Numbered from the stretch's first letter, positions 13,501-26,765 are shown. The stretch: 64,000 nt of DNA from Hemiscyllium ocellatum (GCF_020745735.1 NC_083425.1:29933575-29997574); one strand, 5' to 3'. Notes: generated by a model from the sequence alone, not told the origin. Program-made: numbers and translations.

Positions 13501-14355
13501 CCATAAAGCTCTTTCCACAGAAAATACTGAAGGCAGCTTTGTTAAGTTTGTTAAGACTGTAATTGAGTGTGTCCAACAGCCAGGAATGTAAGTAAATCAC
13601 TCGTAACTTGCAACAAAGCAATAGGCAACATTCTGACAAACAACTGGCTTTTCTTCATGCACAACATACCAAATAGCTAAAATCACCAATAGAAGGAAGT
13701 GCAGGAGGCAGCTGGGTCATCTTTGGCCTGAAGTTTTAACAACGTATGACCAACCGACCATCTCAACACAAAATTGCATCCCTTTTTAAGTGTAGCTATT
13801 TCAAGTTACAGCCTGATTTCCTTAAGAGGTAGAACCCAGTAGTTACAGAAGTAACATGACTTTTTAAAAAATGTAATATTCTTGGCTTATACTACAAAGT
13901 GATTGGGTCACATCTTAATTTTGAGAAAAAGAGTTTAGTTTAGGGAAATCTTAGTTATTTTATCTTGATACTTACTTCAGCACAGAACAACATCTTCTGC
14001 CTTGCCCACACCAACACCCCCACCTTCAAAAAAAAGGAGACAGTGGAATGCCACTAATTTTTTTTTTAAAAAAACATACTGAAGGACCAACTGTTCATTT
14101 GGGGTGTTTCAGATTGGGAATGGGGTTTGCCTGGAGGTCATTAAGGTGGTTGCTAAGCCTCTTTTGCTTCCAGATGTTCCAGCTCCTCTTCCACTGGAGT
14201 GTCATTTCAGGAGGAGGAGTGACATAGATGGAGACCACATTAAATGAGGTCTTCTGTTTGCAGATGAAATCTAAAATAACTAGATTGTTCTGAATTTGAG
14301 GTTAGGCTGGTGTTCAGATTAAGTTAAATTTTGAACAGCACAATATGATTAGAGT

Positions 14356-14519
14356 TGAAAATGTGTTGCTGAAAAGCACAGCAAGTCAGGCAGCATCCAG
14401 GGAACAGGAGAAGGACTTATGCCTGAAACATCGAATCTCCTGTTCCCTGGATGCTGCGCTTTTTCAGCAACACATTTTCAGCTCTGATCTCCAGCATCCG
14501 CAGACCTCACTTTCTCCTC
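14356..14519 (+). mobile_element. Short fold-back PLE pLTR derivative with target duplication
   Basis: Inverted arms; CAATATGATTAGAGT repeated at 14341 and 14520. Confidence 0.8.
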
Positions 14520-14812
14520 CAATATGATTAGAGTATCTGGTTTCATTAAAGAATAGCTCTGGACATTAGTAATATTGAAGGGTTAAACTGTACTGACCGA
14601 ACATTCTGGAAGTGGGTGGGGACAAAATTTATGCAGGAATGTGGATGACTCCCACTCAATTTAGACCGTCATTTGCTACTACTCCCCTGCTATCAAATTA
14701 AACTATCAGAAAAGCTTTCAATCATTCCCCAAAGCTAGGATATCATATCTACATTGATTTCAACCAAAACAGTCAGGAAATCTGGAACAATTCCCCAGGA
14801 TTACAGTATTTA

Positions 14813-15117
14813 TATTATCTGGGGATGACCTCATCCTACCATTGTACCTGGAGTAACATGTGACTGAGTGTGGCTGGGGGGTTGTTTTCAGTGGCGGTCA
14901 CTGTGGGGAGTGGCCAGAGTATCTGTACGCATCACCAATTGACCTGTATAAAGACATGTGTTTTCTTTGTTTGGGATCTCGACTCAAATTTGCATGCCTG
15001 CAAGTAGGGTCAAAGGGGGTCACCTAGCGTGTGTGCAAGTTTTAATAAACTTACTGTTGGCAGAAGTTGGTATGTGAATTGCATCTCATGTGTGAAACCT
15101 CAGGAAAGAACCTAACA
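14813..15117 (+). mobile_element. Probable solo LTR
   Basis: T(A)TTA...TAACA termini; CCAAT at 14935, TATAAA at 14947 and AATAAA at 15044 in U3-R-U5 order; no clear TSD. Confidence 0.5.
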
Positions 15118-16258
15118 ATATCATGTGGAGCTTACTTACACAATCTGATCATATTTCAGGCATAACAGTGCCTCCACTCCCAAAAAAAAAGTGGAGTGTG
15201 AGATTCTGACCAATAATCTCACATTCAAGTATTTGTACTTTTTAAAAATGGTACCACTGCTAGCTTGATCTTTTAGTTCAATTGAAGTTAGGTTGTCGTC
15301 AATGCAGAGGAATCTGGAGTATTTCAGGCCTTGGTAAACAAAGGCAAACAGTCCAAATTTTTGAAAGCAGAGAATTTAGTTTGCTAAGGTCAGTTATTTT
15401 TAAAAGTATAATTTGTTCGCAAGTAGTAGAAAAGGGTAACAGATCAAAAGAGAATACCTCAAGTCTGGAATAGAATATTTTGGGGCTGGTTTCTAATTTC
15501 CGGTCATTATGACTCAATGATCAACAATACCATACTCAAAAATAGCTGGCTAAGTACACCCCAGTTCAGCAAACTACTCATGATTTCATCAATTGAAACA
15601 ACTGCCCTAAAGATTAGAGATATGCTCAACATCCAAGCCTGAGCAAATAGTCAAAAATGTATATGATTCAGTTATGCAAACACCAAACATTTTTGTTCTG
15701 CAAGTTTGATGGTGTATTATTAGATAGCTATAAGTGAAATAACTCATGATAGACCTGGGCACCAAATGCTTGGCCTTTCCCTTATTTATGTTCACAAATC
15801 ATTAATCACTCATTAAGCTATTTGTAACTCATCCTTAAAAATCATTCTAAAAAAAAAGTGTTGGGGAGCTGTCATCTTCAATTCTAGGTTTAGGGACATG
15901 CAGTGGTCCATGGGAGTTAAGATTTTAAGCCAGTGAGAAGGAATAGCAATATAACGCCAAGTCAGGAGGGATAGACATTGAGGGGAATATACAAATATTG
16001 TTACTATGCATCAAAACCCTTGTCCTTCCAGTTGGAAGAGGTGTGTGTTGGAAGATACTGTTGAAGGATTTAGATCTCCAGTACATCTTGCCCAGGATCC
16101 TTTCCTGCAGATATGCAGCAGTAATGCATATTGAAGGTGGTAGATGGGGGTGCTAATCCTGAAGTTAGCAAGTTCATTTTTGGAGTTCCACTCATGTAGC
16201 CAAGCGATAAATACATCTCTCACTGACTTGTGCCTTGTATACAGCTGTATTAGAGGCA

Positions 16259-16466
16259 TGATTTGGAGATGCTGGTGTTGGACTGGGGTGTGCAAAATTA
16301 AAAATCACGTAACACCAGGTTATAGTCCAACGGTTTAATTGGAAGCACACTAGCTTTCAGAGCGATGCTCTGAAATCACCTGATGAAGGAGCATCGCTCC
16401 AAAAGCTAGTGTGCTTCCAATTAAACCTGTTGGACTATAACCTGGTGTTGCGTGATTTTTAAGCTT
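16259..16466. mobile_element. Palindromic PLE pLTR derivative (second family)
   Basis: About 75-bp inverted arms, 16297-16375 vs 16389-16462; TGTATTAGAGGCA at 16246 and 16467; related pieces at about 6020-6125 and 8230-8290. Confidence 0.8.
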
Positions 16467-18200
16467 TGTATTAGAGGCAAGTTACTTGCCACAGAATTCA
16501 TGAAGCTCTGACCTACAATTATAACCACAGTATTCACATGGCTAGTCCAGTTCAATGGTTTACCTCCCTGTATTGATAGTCAGATTCAACAATAGTAATA
16601 CCATAGAACATCAAGGAGATGTTTGATTCTCTGCACCAAAGCAAGGCAAAGTTTCATTTCAAAAACTTTGGTATCACACATAAGGATCAAACTCAAACCT
16701 TATCATTCATGCAATTTTTTTCAAGATCAGTGCATTTTAATTTCCAAACAGTAACCTGCAGTAATTTGCATTTGCTATCATTCTAAAAGGAACCTGCATC
16801 CCAATTTCACTCCTCCCCCTCAAATACAGGTCAAATTTTTAAAAAACTGACATATTCAAACATAATCACACCGATCAATCAATCATTCCCAACTCAGTTA
16901 ATTCAAAATAAAACTATACAGGAGGACAAAAAGTGGGATGCCACTTTTTCATTCAATACTGGTTTTAAAAAGATGCAAAGTGCTTAAAACGGTTTAAACT
17001 GCACGAAAGGAAAACTTTGATAAGATGCACCCTGTTATAAACGGTCTCCAAACTGGAAGTGCAGCTATACACAAGCTGAGCAGCAGCTGCCATGTCTGGA
17101 ATCCTCTTGCCCAGGAAAGATCAATCGCTTCAGACGTAGTGGTAAAATGCTAACTTTCTAACTGAACAATTAGAATTTTAAAAAAGGAGACAGAAGGTTC
17201 TAGTTTGCTCGTCAGATCAGATAGAACTTAGTTGTAAAGCAATTACACAACGCCGTTATACAAACAAGTGGGCAGTTCTGCGGGTTATGTGGTGTGATGA
17301 TCAGAGAGAAAACAAAAACAAGCGATTTGGACCAAATGCCCAAAGCTACAGGGAAGGGAACACGAAGTAGACTAGCTCAGTGCCCAGAGATTATGCTTAG
17401 TGTCACATATGGACACTTGGTCCATTTCCAGCCATTTGCCATACCCAGGACTGGCACAGGGAGCGGCAGACTGCGAGCTCACACTATTGTCTCCGTCTGA
17501 TGGAGAATGTGGGCACCGGCACCTAAAATTCACGTCTCAGCGCAAACAAAACTAATCGTGTTGTAGTTTTAAAAAAACCCATTCCGTATCAGTTATTCCA
17601 CAGATAAAGAAATAAAGCGCTATCGATCAGTGATCGAGACGAATAAAAGCAAAATACTGCAGATGCTGGAAATCGGAAACAAAATGCTAGAGAAACTCAG
17701 TAGATCTGGCAGCATCGGTGGAAAGGGGAATAGTTAACGTTTCGGGTCCAGATTGACTCTTTTCCAAGAGAATGATCGAGACACAGTACTCGCCGACTGA
17801 GTGTTGGCCATCTTCAGAGTTTTCATTGTTCTGATTTGGAGATGTGTTAGTGCGGCACTGTAGCGCTATTGATCGAGTATTGGCTCTGAAACCAGACGTT
17901 TCTCTAATGCAGCAGTAGCGTTACCCCGGGGAAGGACCCGCCTTCTCTACCTCCCCTTAAAACCCCACTAATACTGACTCCCTTAAAACAGCTGGAGGTT
18001 AAAACCCACTCGGCTCCAAAGCCTGGCCACATCTGCATGTCTCGTCCACGTCACCTTGCAGAGTTACATACATCAGGAAAGTCAATATTCCGTGCGTAAC
18101 AGAGAGGGAAAAGAGCCAAAAGACCACTGAACAACAAAAGAAAAAAAAGTCAATGCTTCGCCAGATTCCGTCCCCGTCCCCCCCCCCCACTTCATTTTAC

Positions 18201-18608
18201 CTTTTTAAGCTTCTCCTCGGGGTTACTGGGCTCTTGCTTCGCTTCGTTAGTCGGGGGGGTTTTCTCCTCGGCAACTGCGGGTTCCTTCTCAGAGTTTTTA
18301 GTTGTCTCTTGATTCTGGAGATTTCCCTCTCCGGCTCCGATGTCCTCCACTGGCAGCTTGCCTTTAGCTTTCTCTGGCTCCTCATCTCTCTTCTCCGCTT
18401 GCTCTTCTTGCACATCTTCGGGCTTCTTCACTTCCTCGGAATCTTTCCTCTTTGGCTCCTCATCGGCTTTACTCCCGTCAACTTTAGAACTCGCATCCTG
18501 TTCTCTAGGATCGGAAGGTCTGAATCTCAGATATAAAGAAGCAATAATAACAGCCAGCACAGTGAAGAGCAGCGGGACAGCCACATAAACATCCACCGCT
18601 AGATCCAT
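18201..18608 (-). CDS. MXRA7: Matrix remodeling-associated protein 7, exon 1 (136 codons; N-terminal TM/signal anchor plus acidic low-complexity region)
   Basis: ORF MDLAVDVYVAVPLLFTVLAVIIASLYLRFRP... has a hydrophobic N-terminal helix followed by an E/K/P-rich tract. It ends at a phase-0 donor AAG|GTAAAA at 18201/18200 and lies in a CpG-rich region. Same strand as JMJD6 and downstream of it, as in the known vertebrate synteny. The conserved C-terminal exons (KYSPGKLRG...) were not seen in the window. Confidence 0.8.
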
Positions 18609-18870
18609 TTTCTCTCTCTTCAAATACCAGAGCCCTGAACTGACTTAATTTCGTCTAGTCACTGCGTTTAAGTAGCTCTGTCGACGGATAACGCTGCTGT
18701 TCTAAATCACAGATGGCATGTAAAGATGAATCGGATTTTAAAACATCGTCATTTCCTTCATCCCGCCCTCCACTCTGGTATTTAAAGGCTCCGCCATAAA
18801 CAGGCATCGTCATTGGATTGAACTGAATTGATTGTTCAAACGCTTAAAGTCTGTAATTGACTGGCGCTCG
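18609..18870 (-). promoter_or_regulatory. MXRA7 5' UTR / proximal promoter
   Basis: CpG-enriched; GC box CCCGCCC at 18762; ATTGG at 18812; CATCGTCATT (contains a TGACG half-site on the minus strand) at 18744 and 18805. Confidence 0.55.
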
Positions 18871-18954
18871 TTTAAATTAAATTTCCATGTTTTTATATTG
18901 CGAAACCCATTTCCATTATGGAGAATGACCTCTTTGGTCTGAAGCCATATGGTA

Positions 18955-19280
18955 ATATGAAATAATCCTGAGGCCCAGACTCATGTTCTGAGGGCACAAG
19001 TTCAAATCCCACTGTGGTGAAATTCAATTTCAATTAATTCCTCGTACTGGAATTAAAAGCGAGTCTCAGAGACAGGAAACAATCTGATTAAGTGATTGTT
19101 GTAAAGCCCCATCTGCATCATACATGTTCACCACTCCCTTCTCAAAGACCGTTAGGTCTCTTCAAACTTTCTCCGAGGGATGGTGATCCTCAGGTTAAAC
19201 CATCAGCAGTCATCTCATCGCTCTCTAATGAAAGAGCAGCCCTATGCTCCAGTAGAATTATGGTGACTTTAATTTATTAC
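18955..19280 (+). mobile_element. Old SINE (Deu-like head) plus a second SINE tail
   Basis: B box AGTTCAAATCCC. The tail GTTAAACCATCA..GAGCAGCCCTATG is shared with the SINE-like element at about 31990-32190. Confidence 0.55.
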
Positions 19281-19699
19281 TGTTAAGGATTGAAAAAATA
19301 TTGATTGGTTCGAAAGATGTTGCATGATTCCAACTTTTGCTGTTTTTTTCATATTTCTCTTAACAATGAAATCCTCGAAAAGCTATAGCACCGCTTTCAA
19401 TTAAACCTTGTGATGATGGAACAACCGAGAAGTTGAAGAATGAATGTTAAAAAGAACAGTTGGCACAAAAGTTGTATGTCTGCACCTACCCATACCCCGC
19501 CTAGTAATCATACCCACAATCTCAAGCACAACAATCTTGCAACAATTCAGTGGTTCAAAGATTTCTCTATATTTTTCCATACGTTATAGGCTTTTGTATA
19601 TTTTCCGCAATGGAAAATGACCTGCTGAGTCTGAGTCAGATGGTAACTTGCTTGTAAACATCACCAGATTGCTAATCCAATACAGCACAATATCTTTAT

Positions 19700-21400
19700 T
19701 ATTCGTTCATGGGATGTGGGCATCATTGGTTAGTACAGCATTCATCACTCATCCTTAATTGTCTTTGAGAAGCTGGTGGTAAGCCTTCTTGAACTATTCC
19801 AGTAAGTGCATCCACAATACTGGTAGAAAGGGAGTTCCAGGATTTTGACCCTACAACAATTAAGGATTTGTGATAAAATTCCGAGTCACAGTAATGTGTA
19901 ATTTGAAGCACTTGGAGGTGGTGGTATTCCCATGTATCTGTTGCTCTTGTCCCATTATGTAAGTAGCGGTCACAACTTTGGAAGGTGCTGTCAAAGGAGG
20001 GTTGGTGAGTTGCAACAGTGCATCTTGTAGATGATACACACTGCTGCCACTGTGATTTGATTGTGAAGTGACTATTTTAAAAATGTTGGATGGTGTACCA
20101 ACCAAGCTTTATCAAGATGCTGCTGTGCTTGTTGGACTGCACACATTCATGCACATGAATAATAGTCCATCACACCCTGATTCAACTCTTGTAAATGGTG
20201 GATCTGAATTGAAAAAATAGGTGAGTTACTTGCTGCAGAATTGCAAGCCTCCAAACAGCTTTTGCAGCCCCAGTTTTTATATATAGTCAAATTCAGTTTC
20301 TGGTGAATGGAAACCCCAGAAAATGGATACAGGGCGATTTAATGTCATGAATTATCTTGATTAGATTCTCTTTTGTTTGAGATGGCTGTTGCCTGACATT
20401 TTTATAATATGCGCAATACTTGATACTTATCATCCCAAACCTAGACATTATTGAGGTGTAGAGGCTGACAGGCACAGAATAATTCAGAATTTGAGTCGTC
20501 AGACATAATGTGACATTACACATGCCAAATAATGTATAATCATCAGCAAACATCCTCACTTCTGACCTTATAATACAAAGAAGGTCACTGATGAAGCAAC
20601 ATCAGGAACTGAGTAGCCTGGTGGAATAGAAACAGGTCATTGTTACACCAGTGGTGCTTGTCGCTAACCCCATCACTTTACTGATAACTGGAAAGAGACC
20701 AATGGGGTGGTAATTGGCTTTGTTGGATTTACTCTGCATTTCTGTACAAGCCAAACCTGGGCAATTTTCCATATTGTCAATGAGACACCCAATGTTGTCA
20801 CTGTACAGCAACAGCTTGGATAATGGTGTGGCAAGTTCTGCAGCACAAGTCTTTCAGCATTATTGGCAGAATATTGTCGTAGCCCATAAACTTTGTAGTA
20901 TTTAATGCCTCCAGCTGTTTATTGACAACTTCCAGAAACTGACGGGTGGTACTAGGGACCTCCAAAGATGGTGCAGACAGATCATCCAAATAAAAGCAAA
21001 ATAATGTGGATGCTAGGAATCTGAAATACAAACAGGCACTGCAACAGAAATTCAGCAGATCTGGTAGCATCTGTGGAGGGAGAAACAGAGTTAATGTTTA
21101 GTCCAGTATGACCTCTCCAGAACAGATGGACCATTCACTGGGCACTTCCAACTCAAGATTACTGCAAATACTTCTGTCTTGTTATCTACACTCTCCATCT
21201 TTACGGAGGATCAGGATATTTGTGGATCATATCAATGATTTGTTTAATTGTCTACTGCTATTTACATTTGTTTTTATGCTATAATCATGCAAGTAGTCCT
21301 GCATTATACCTTCGTTTAGTTGACACCTCATTATTAGGGTAGGTGTGGTATCATAGCTGGTATCCTCTCCTGTACTTTTCATTGAAACAGAATGAATCCT
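19700..21400 (-). mobile_element. Old CR1/L2-group LINE remnant
   Basis: ANYHPIGL..ISKVM and MFADDYTLF motifs; 3' tail shared with about 410-826 (+), 15800-16630 (-), 29490-29590 (-) and 47850-48300 (-). Confidence 0.7.
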
Positions 21401-24029
21401 GAAGGACTTATCTACTTATCCAGATCTACAGTCTGCTGCACCAAAACGAAGGAAATATAATTGACCTTGGCTTTCGCAATCCACATGGTGCTGATGCACT
21501 GATACATGATAGGATCAGTTCGGAAAATGAACTCTACGCAGTCCTGCAGTGAAGACAACCCATCCTTGTGCTCAGATTGGGTCTCCATTATACTTGTAAT
21601 ACTAGCTGGTAGTACACTGAGCTAAGTGGGATAATTACAGAATAGATGGCCTACCTCAAAGGGCATCCATGATATGCTGTGGGCAGCATCACTATATTCT
21701 AAAACAGTCAATGATCTCATGGCCTGCCATATTCTTCCCTCAATCATTTACGTCAAGCCAGGAGGCCAAATTTGGTTGAATAATTAGTGTAATTGACAGG
21801 AATAGCACAAAGTTTCCTTAAAAGTGAGGTTCCAAGGTACTGAAGCTACAACATAGGACTACATGCATGTTAAGGAATGGAAAAAAAAAGACATCTAAGC
21901 AATTTCACGAACCAACTGGTCAGACTTGTGCTTCGCTCTATAACTGTTCCAAGCTAACTATAACACAGGAATCAACCTGAAATTTGGAATGAAAGGGCAT
22001 AGAAATCAAATTAAAAGAGAACTGTGGATACTGGAGAATTGAAACAAACAAAATCAGAACTTGTTGGAGAAACTAAGCAGGTCTGGAAAGAAAGAATTAA
22101 TGTTGAGGCCACTGACTTTTTTCAGAACAATAACTCAGTTTTCTCTCCACAGACACTACCAGACTTACTCAGTTAGTCCAGAAGATGGTGTCTTTGCTTA
22201 TCATTTTGTGTTTAATTCACTGCCACATCTCTTCCATGCATGTCCACCTTGAAGATGTTCTGCTCCTCTGACAGGATTTGTTTCATTCTTAATTTTTGTG
22301 CACTATTTTCATTCTTTGACAAGGTATTTGTTAAAACTCACTTCCATAGCTACTACTTGTTCCTGTGACTGCCTCAACTCACTCACTCCACATGGATTTC
22401 AAATGAAGTTTCATCCTTCATATTTTGAGTCTACCCAGAATCTCCAGTATTTCAATGTAGTACAAAATTCTTCAGAAAGCATTTTTTGCCTCATCTACAC
22501 TCTGTGCTTTCTGTCAGCATATGCACATACTCAAGCTCTCTCCTGCCCATCCCAGTTCCACTTCATTCTTCAATTAGTTTGAACAAACAGCTTATTCTCT
22601 TCCTTTCAGGCATTGCAAATTACAACTCAGATATCCATACGCCTCTGGAACTCTCCTCTTCCCTCCCTTCTCCTAACCTTGCCTCTTGTCAAGGTTTTAC
22701 TAACTCCTGCTTCACTGAACATTCTGTACTTGATAAGGGACTTTTTATCCCTTTCAACCCTGACCTCAATGAGTTTCAGCTATGACCCTGAACACTACTT
22801 CTGTCATCTTTACATTATTTCTATAGACAAGAGTCCGCTGCCTATCTCATAGACCCTTTAAACCAACTCCAACATTATCCCTCCACCTGGACCTCTTACC
22901 TGCACTCAGCTTGTAGATGTGACATTTTGACACCTTAATTTGTCTCCTGAGCCATCTAAACTATCATCCTCTGAACTGACTGTTCTTAGATCCAATCACT
23001 GGTCTCCAAACTTTAACTGTTTTCAATCCACAGATACTACCAGACTTGCTGAGATTTTCCAGCAGTTTGATTTTATCAGTCATGGATGTTGTACCCCAGT
23101 TATACAAAGCCCTGCCTGAACCACACTTAAAGACAAAAGATTATTACCCAAAGAACATAATATTGATTCATCAGTTTTCCTAAAGTTTGCTTGTTGATAC
23201 ACTTTATTAATGGTGTTACTTTAATAAGAACTAATATCTGATTTTAAGCCTCTTATTAATTTCTGTGAAGTGATTCTTGCCTAGAATCGAGCACGCAGTT
23301 CGAGACACATCTTAGGATGTATATATTTGCCATTACATGAGTGTGCCATAACTTTACCCGATGATATCTGCGTTTCACATGTTAAATTAAGAGGGAAGAT
23401 TACACAATATAGGATAGTTTTTTCCTCTCAAGTTTAAAGATTAAAGGATGATTTTGATCAAAATTTAAAAAAGGAAGGAGTGAGTGAGATGAAGACAAAT
23501 ATTTCTGCTGTTTGGGGAAAATGAGACTACGGATATAACCTCAAAACTATAGTAATAATTCAGGAGTGAAATTAGGAAATAGTTTGACACACAAAGGATG
23601 CTTGAAATTTAGATCTCTTTTACAGGAGACAATTGATGTGAAGTCAACTCAACAAAATTCTATTAATCTTTGACAACTAAACTATTGAGATACAAAAAAA
23701 AGGCAAAGTTTCATTTCACGTGTGATCTCACTGAACCTTCAAGGATAAGGAGTGGACAATAGCTGCTTGTTTATCCAACAACACAACCATAAATTAATAA
23801 TTTAAAAAAATAAATCTCAATGACAATCCTGTTGCCATCAAGTTCAACAAGCACAATAATGAGTAAATTATATTTATTGAGAGCAAGGACCAGAGGGAAA
23901 ATAGGAATGAGGTCAGATGTATGTTAGAATAGTCAAATAAGAAAAACACAGATGATAGTCAATTTATCAATCACTGAAACTAATGGGCAGTTCGGCAAGA
24001 TTAGAGGTCAGTCTACTTGGTGATGATGA

Positions 24030-24090
24030 GAGAGTGCTCATCTCACGGTCAAATATGACATCAAGGTTGCCAACAGTCTCATTTTGTATC
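24030..24090 (-). mobile_element. L2-like RT remnant
   Basis: Minus strand translates ETVGNLDVIFDREMS, resembling the L2 motif VRNLGVIFD. Confidence 0.45.
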
Positions 24091-26742
24091 AGAAGGTTGA
24101 AAGATGACAAATTAGATGATGATTCAGACACCAATCATAAACAATACATGTGCTTTGCATCTCAACTTTTCCCTCAACACAAAAGATACAATATTTCACA
24201 ATTTATGGAAAACACAAACTCAAATTTAATCAAAATAATCTCCTCATACAATCAGATTCTTTAAAAACAAATAACTTTACACGTGAGATGACATGGTCTT
24301 GTTCAGTCGTGATGTCTCTATCGCTGAAGCGAAGACCTGGGCTTGCATCCCATCTGCCCTGGTGTTGTCATGACAGGTTGATTAAAATTAATTATGGGCT
24401 CGTTGCACGGTGATAATCTCCCTACCTTTGAGCTTCAAGTTCCACCTGAGTTGTGTTATAACACATCTGAACTGGTTGATGTCTCCAATGAAGCCACGTT
24501 AACACTTGAATATCGATGATTGGTATCTACTAGGAATTTGGGGTACTGTGACTTTTGGACACTGAGGGCAGTTCAGGGGACCAATGAGGATGCATTTTCA
24601 TAGAAGTCTTCAGTCTCAAGAGCTCCTGCTTCAGTGTGGCTCATCACCACCACCACCACTGACTTGGGGTGAAATTACATCCCTCTTTATCCTACTCCTG
24701 AGCTGGTTACAACAGTGTATGAATGTAGAAGAAAGGTTTAATTGGCCATTTAATAAATAAACACTTTGCAGTATCCAGCTTGTTGTAAGAAACAATCTAG
24801 CCAGGTTCCTGAAATTTACAAGTAAAGAGCAGGTTTTATTGCTGAGACACAAAGATGTCGGTTTAAAACCTACCCAATTCCATTATCCACAACGCCAAAT
24901 GAAGGAAAAAAGGACAAAGATGATTCTGTAGACAACTGGATCCAAAATCTTGGACAAATTTCAAGTCAGAAAAGAAAAAGGAAGTAGACTGTTCAGACCT
25001 GCTGGCACATTAAAGAATCACATGCCACAGTAGTTGCTGGTACAGAGGTTCCTCATTGGAATAGTCACCACAGTTGTGCCTAATGTAACGGATTGTGGTT
25101 TTGCTTCAAAATTCTTCCTGAAGAACCCTTGGGTTGCAGAAATGAGGTTTTGTGATGGGCCTTCATATTCCAAACAACTCAGATTTGAAGACAGGTTTAA
25201 AAGACAAGCTGTAAAGCCTTTACCCTTTCTCTCCTATGACAACTGCTCCAATTATTTGTTCAAAGAAAAAGCATAATCTTTCTCATGGCCAGAAGCTGAA
25301 CATGTGACTTCTCTTGGCTGGTAACTCCTTTGGTGTCAAGAGTGTCAACATCTCTGCAACTTTATTAATAGTGAGCATAGCCTAACTGACCAAACCTGGA
25401 GTCCTCCATCTTGTCTTAAGAAACTTAATAGAAGGCTTGATTGTGTTATAATTTTTGATTCCCTACCATACAACTCCAACACCATCCCACCTTCTTCAAC
25501 ACCCATCTCATTCCCTTTCCCTTCTCCCAAAACACTGCAAACCCTCACTTTATATCATCTTGCCCTCATTCTTAGACTCCCTCCATCCCACCCAGTCAGA
25601 TCTGGGGTATTTTCCAGCACAAAAAGAAAACAGCTTGCATCCCCAACCAACAGTATTTTAGCTGCTTTGGGCCAGTGCTGTTTGCTTTCAAAAGTGCTCT
25701 ATACCCAGTGAATAATATTACAAATTAAACTTTAGATGATGACATTTCCATCGCATTTTCAATGAACTGGGTAGATTTTTAAGCACAATCCAGTGTTGTG
25801 TCACAATTACTGATAAAACATTTTATTCCACACTTGTTTAAGGAAATTGAAATTCTCCTGCTTCCATGGTGGGATTTGACCTGATGTCATCTCATTTACC
25901 AAGACCTCTGAATTAAATATACAATAAGGTGATGTGTTACCAAATGTCTGCTTTTTACCTTAAGGTCACATTGACCAGTAATGTCATCCATCAGCAATGG
26001 GTGCAATATTCATTTTCAGGAATTTCACCATCTCAACACCCCTGATGAGGATCAAGAGCAGCTCATCTATATTGTTCCAATAGGTATTTTATGGAATTTA
26101 ATTAACATTTAATGTTAACCTGAACTTGCTAAGACTTTTCCAGTTATTCGTCATTGTTAAGAGATAATCATTTTGTTTAAATTTAAGAACCAGAGATAAA
26201 AAATATTTCTGGCAACAAATATTCCCATTTGTACAGAACGTGCACATTTCTTATTAAAAGATCTGTTGAAAATGTCAGATGAGAACACCCATAATTGGAA
26301 CATTGGCTTGAAGAATAATAAATGCAGACCAAGAATTAATTTTTAAGACATGAACTGACTTAGTTACAAAAAGTACAAGAGCTGCATTTATGTAGTGCTT
26401 TGTATGATCACCAAGCATCCCATAGCACTTTGAAGCGTTTCCCACCATCATGCACTTGCATAAATGTTTTACATCAAATGAAAACACAGTCTCACCAAAA
26501 AACATGAGGCCCAATCTGTTGGGGATGTCCCTCAGCATTGCATAAGAGACACACCAACAGCCTGGACTTGTGTTCAAGTTCTAGAATGGAGCTTGAACCC
26601 ACAATCTTGTGATTCAAACGAGTATGCTACCAACTGGGCCCCAATTGACTTGAAGTCAAAGTAGGCTTTTGAGAGGCATTTGAGTTAAGTTATGCAAAAT
26701 GAGCAAGTGATTTATAAATTGGGAACATCAAGATAAAACAGA

Positions 26743-26765
26743 TTTATTCAGTGTTCATTTTTATT
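26743..26765 (-). terminator. Candidate JMJD6 polyadenylation signals (two AATAAA)
   Basis: TTTATT on + at 26743-26748 and 26760-26765, about 390 nt past the stop codon. Confidence 0.55.

Noticed and set aside
14090-14270. Acidic minus-strand stretch (PVEEELEHLEAKEA) as MXRA7 exon 2
   Set aside because: Stops occur in the phase required by exon 1, and the sequence recurs at about 12830, indicating a repeat.
23983-24264. 93-aa plus-strand ORF
   Set aside because: No recognisable domain; the opposite strand carries an L2-like RT motif, so it is probably a LINE relic.
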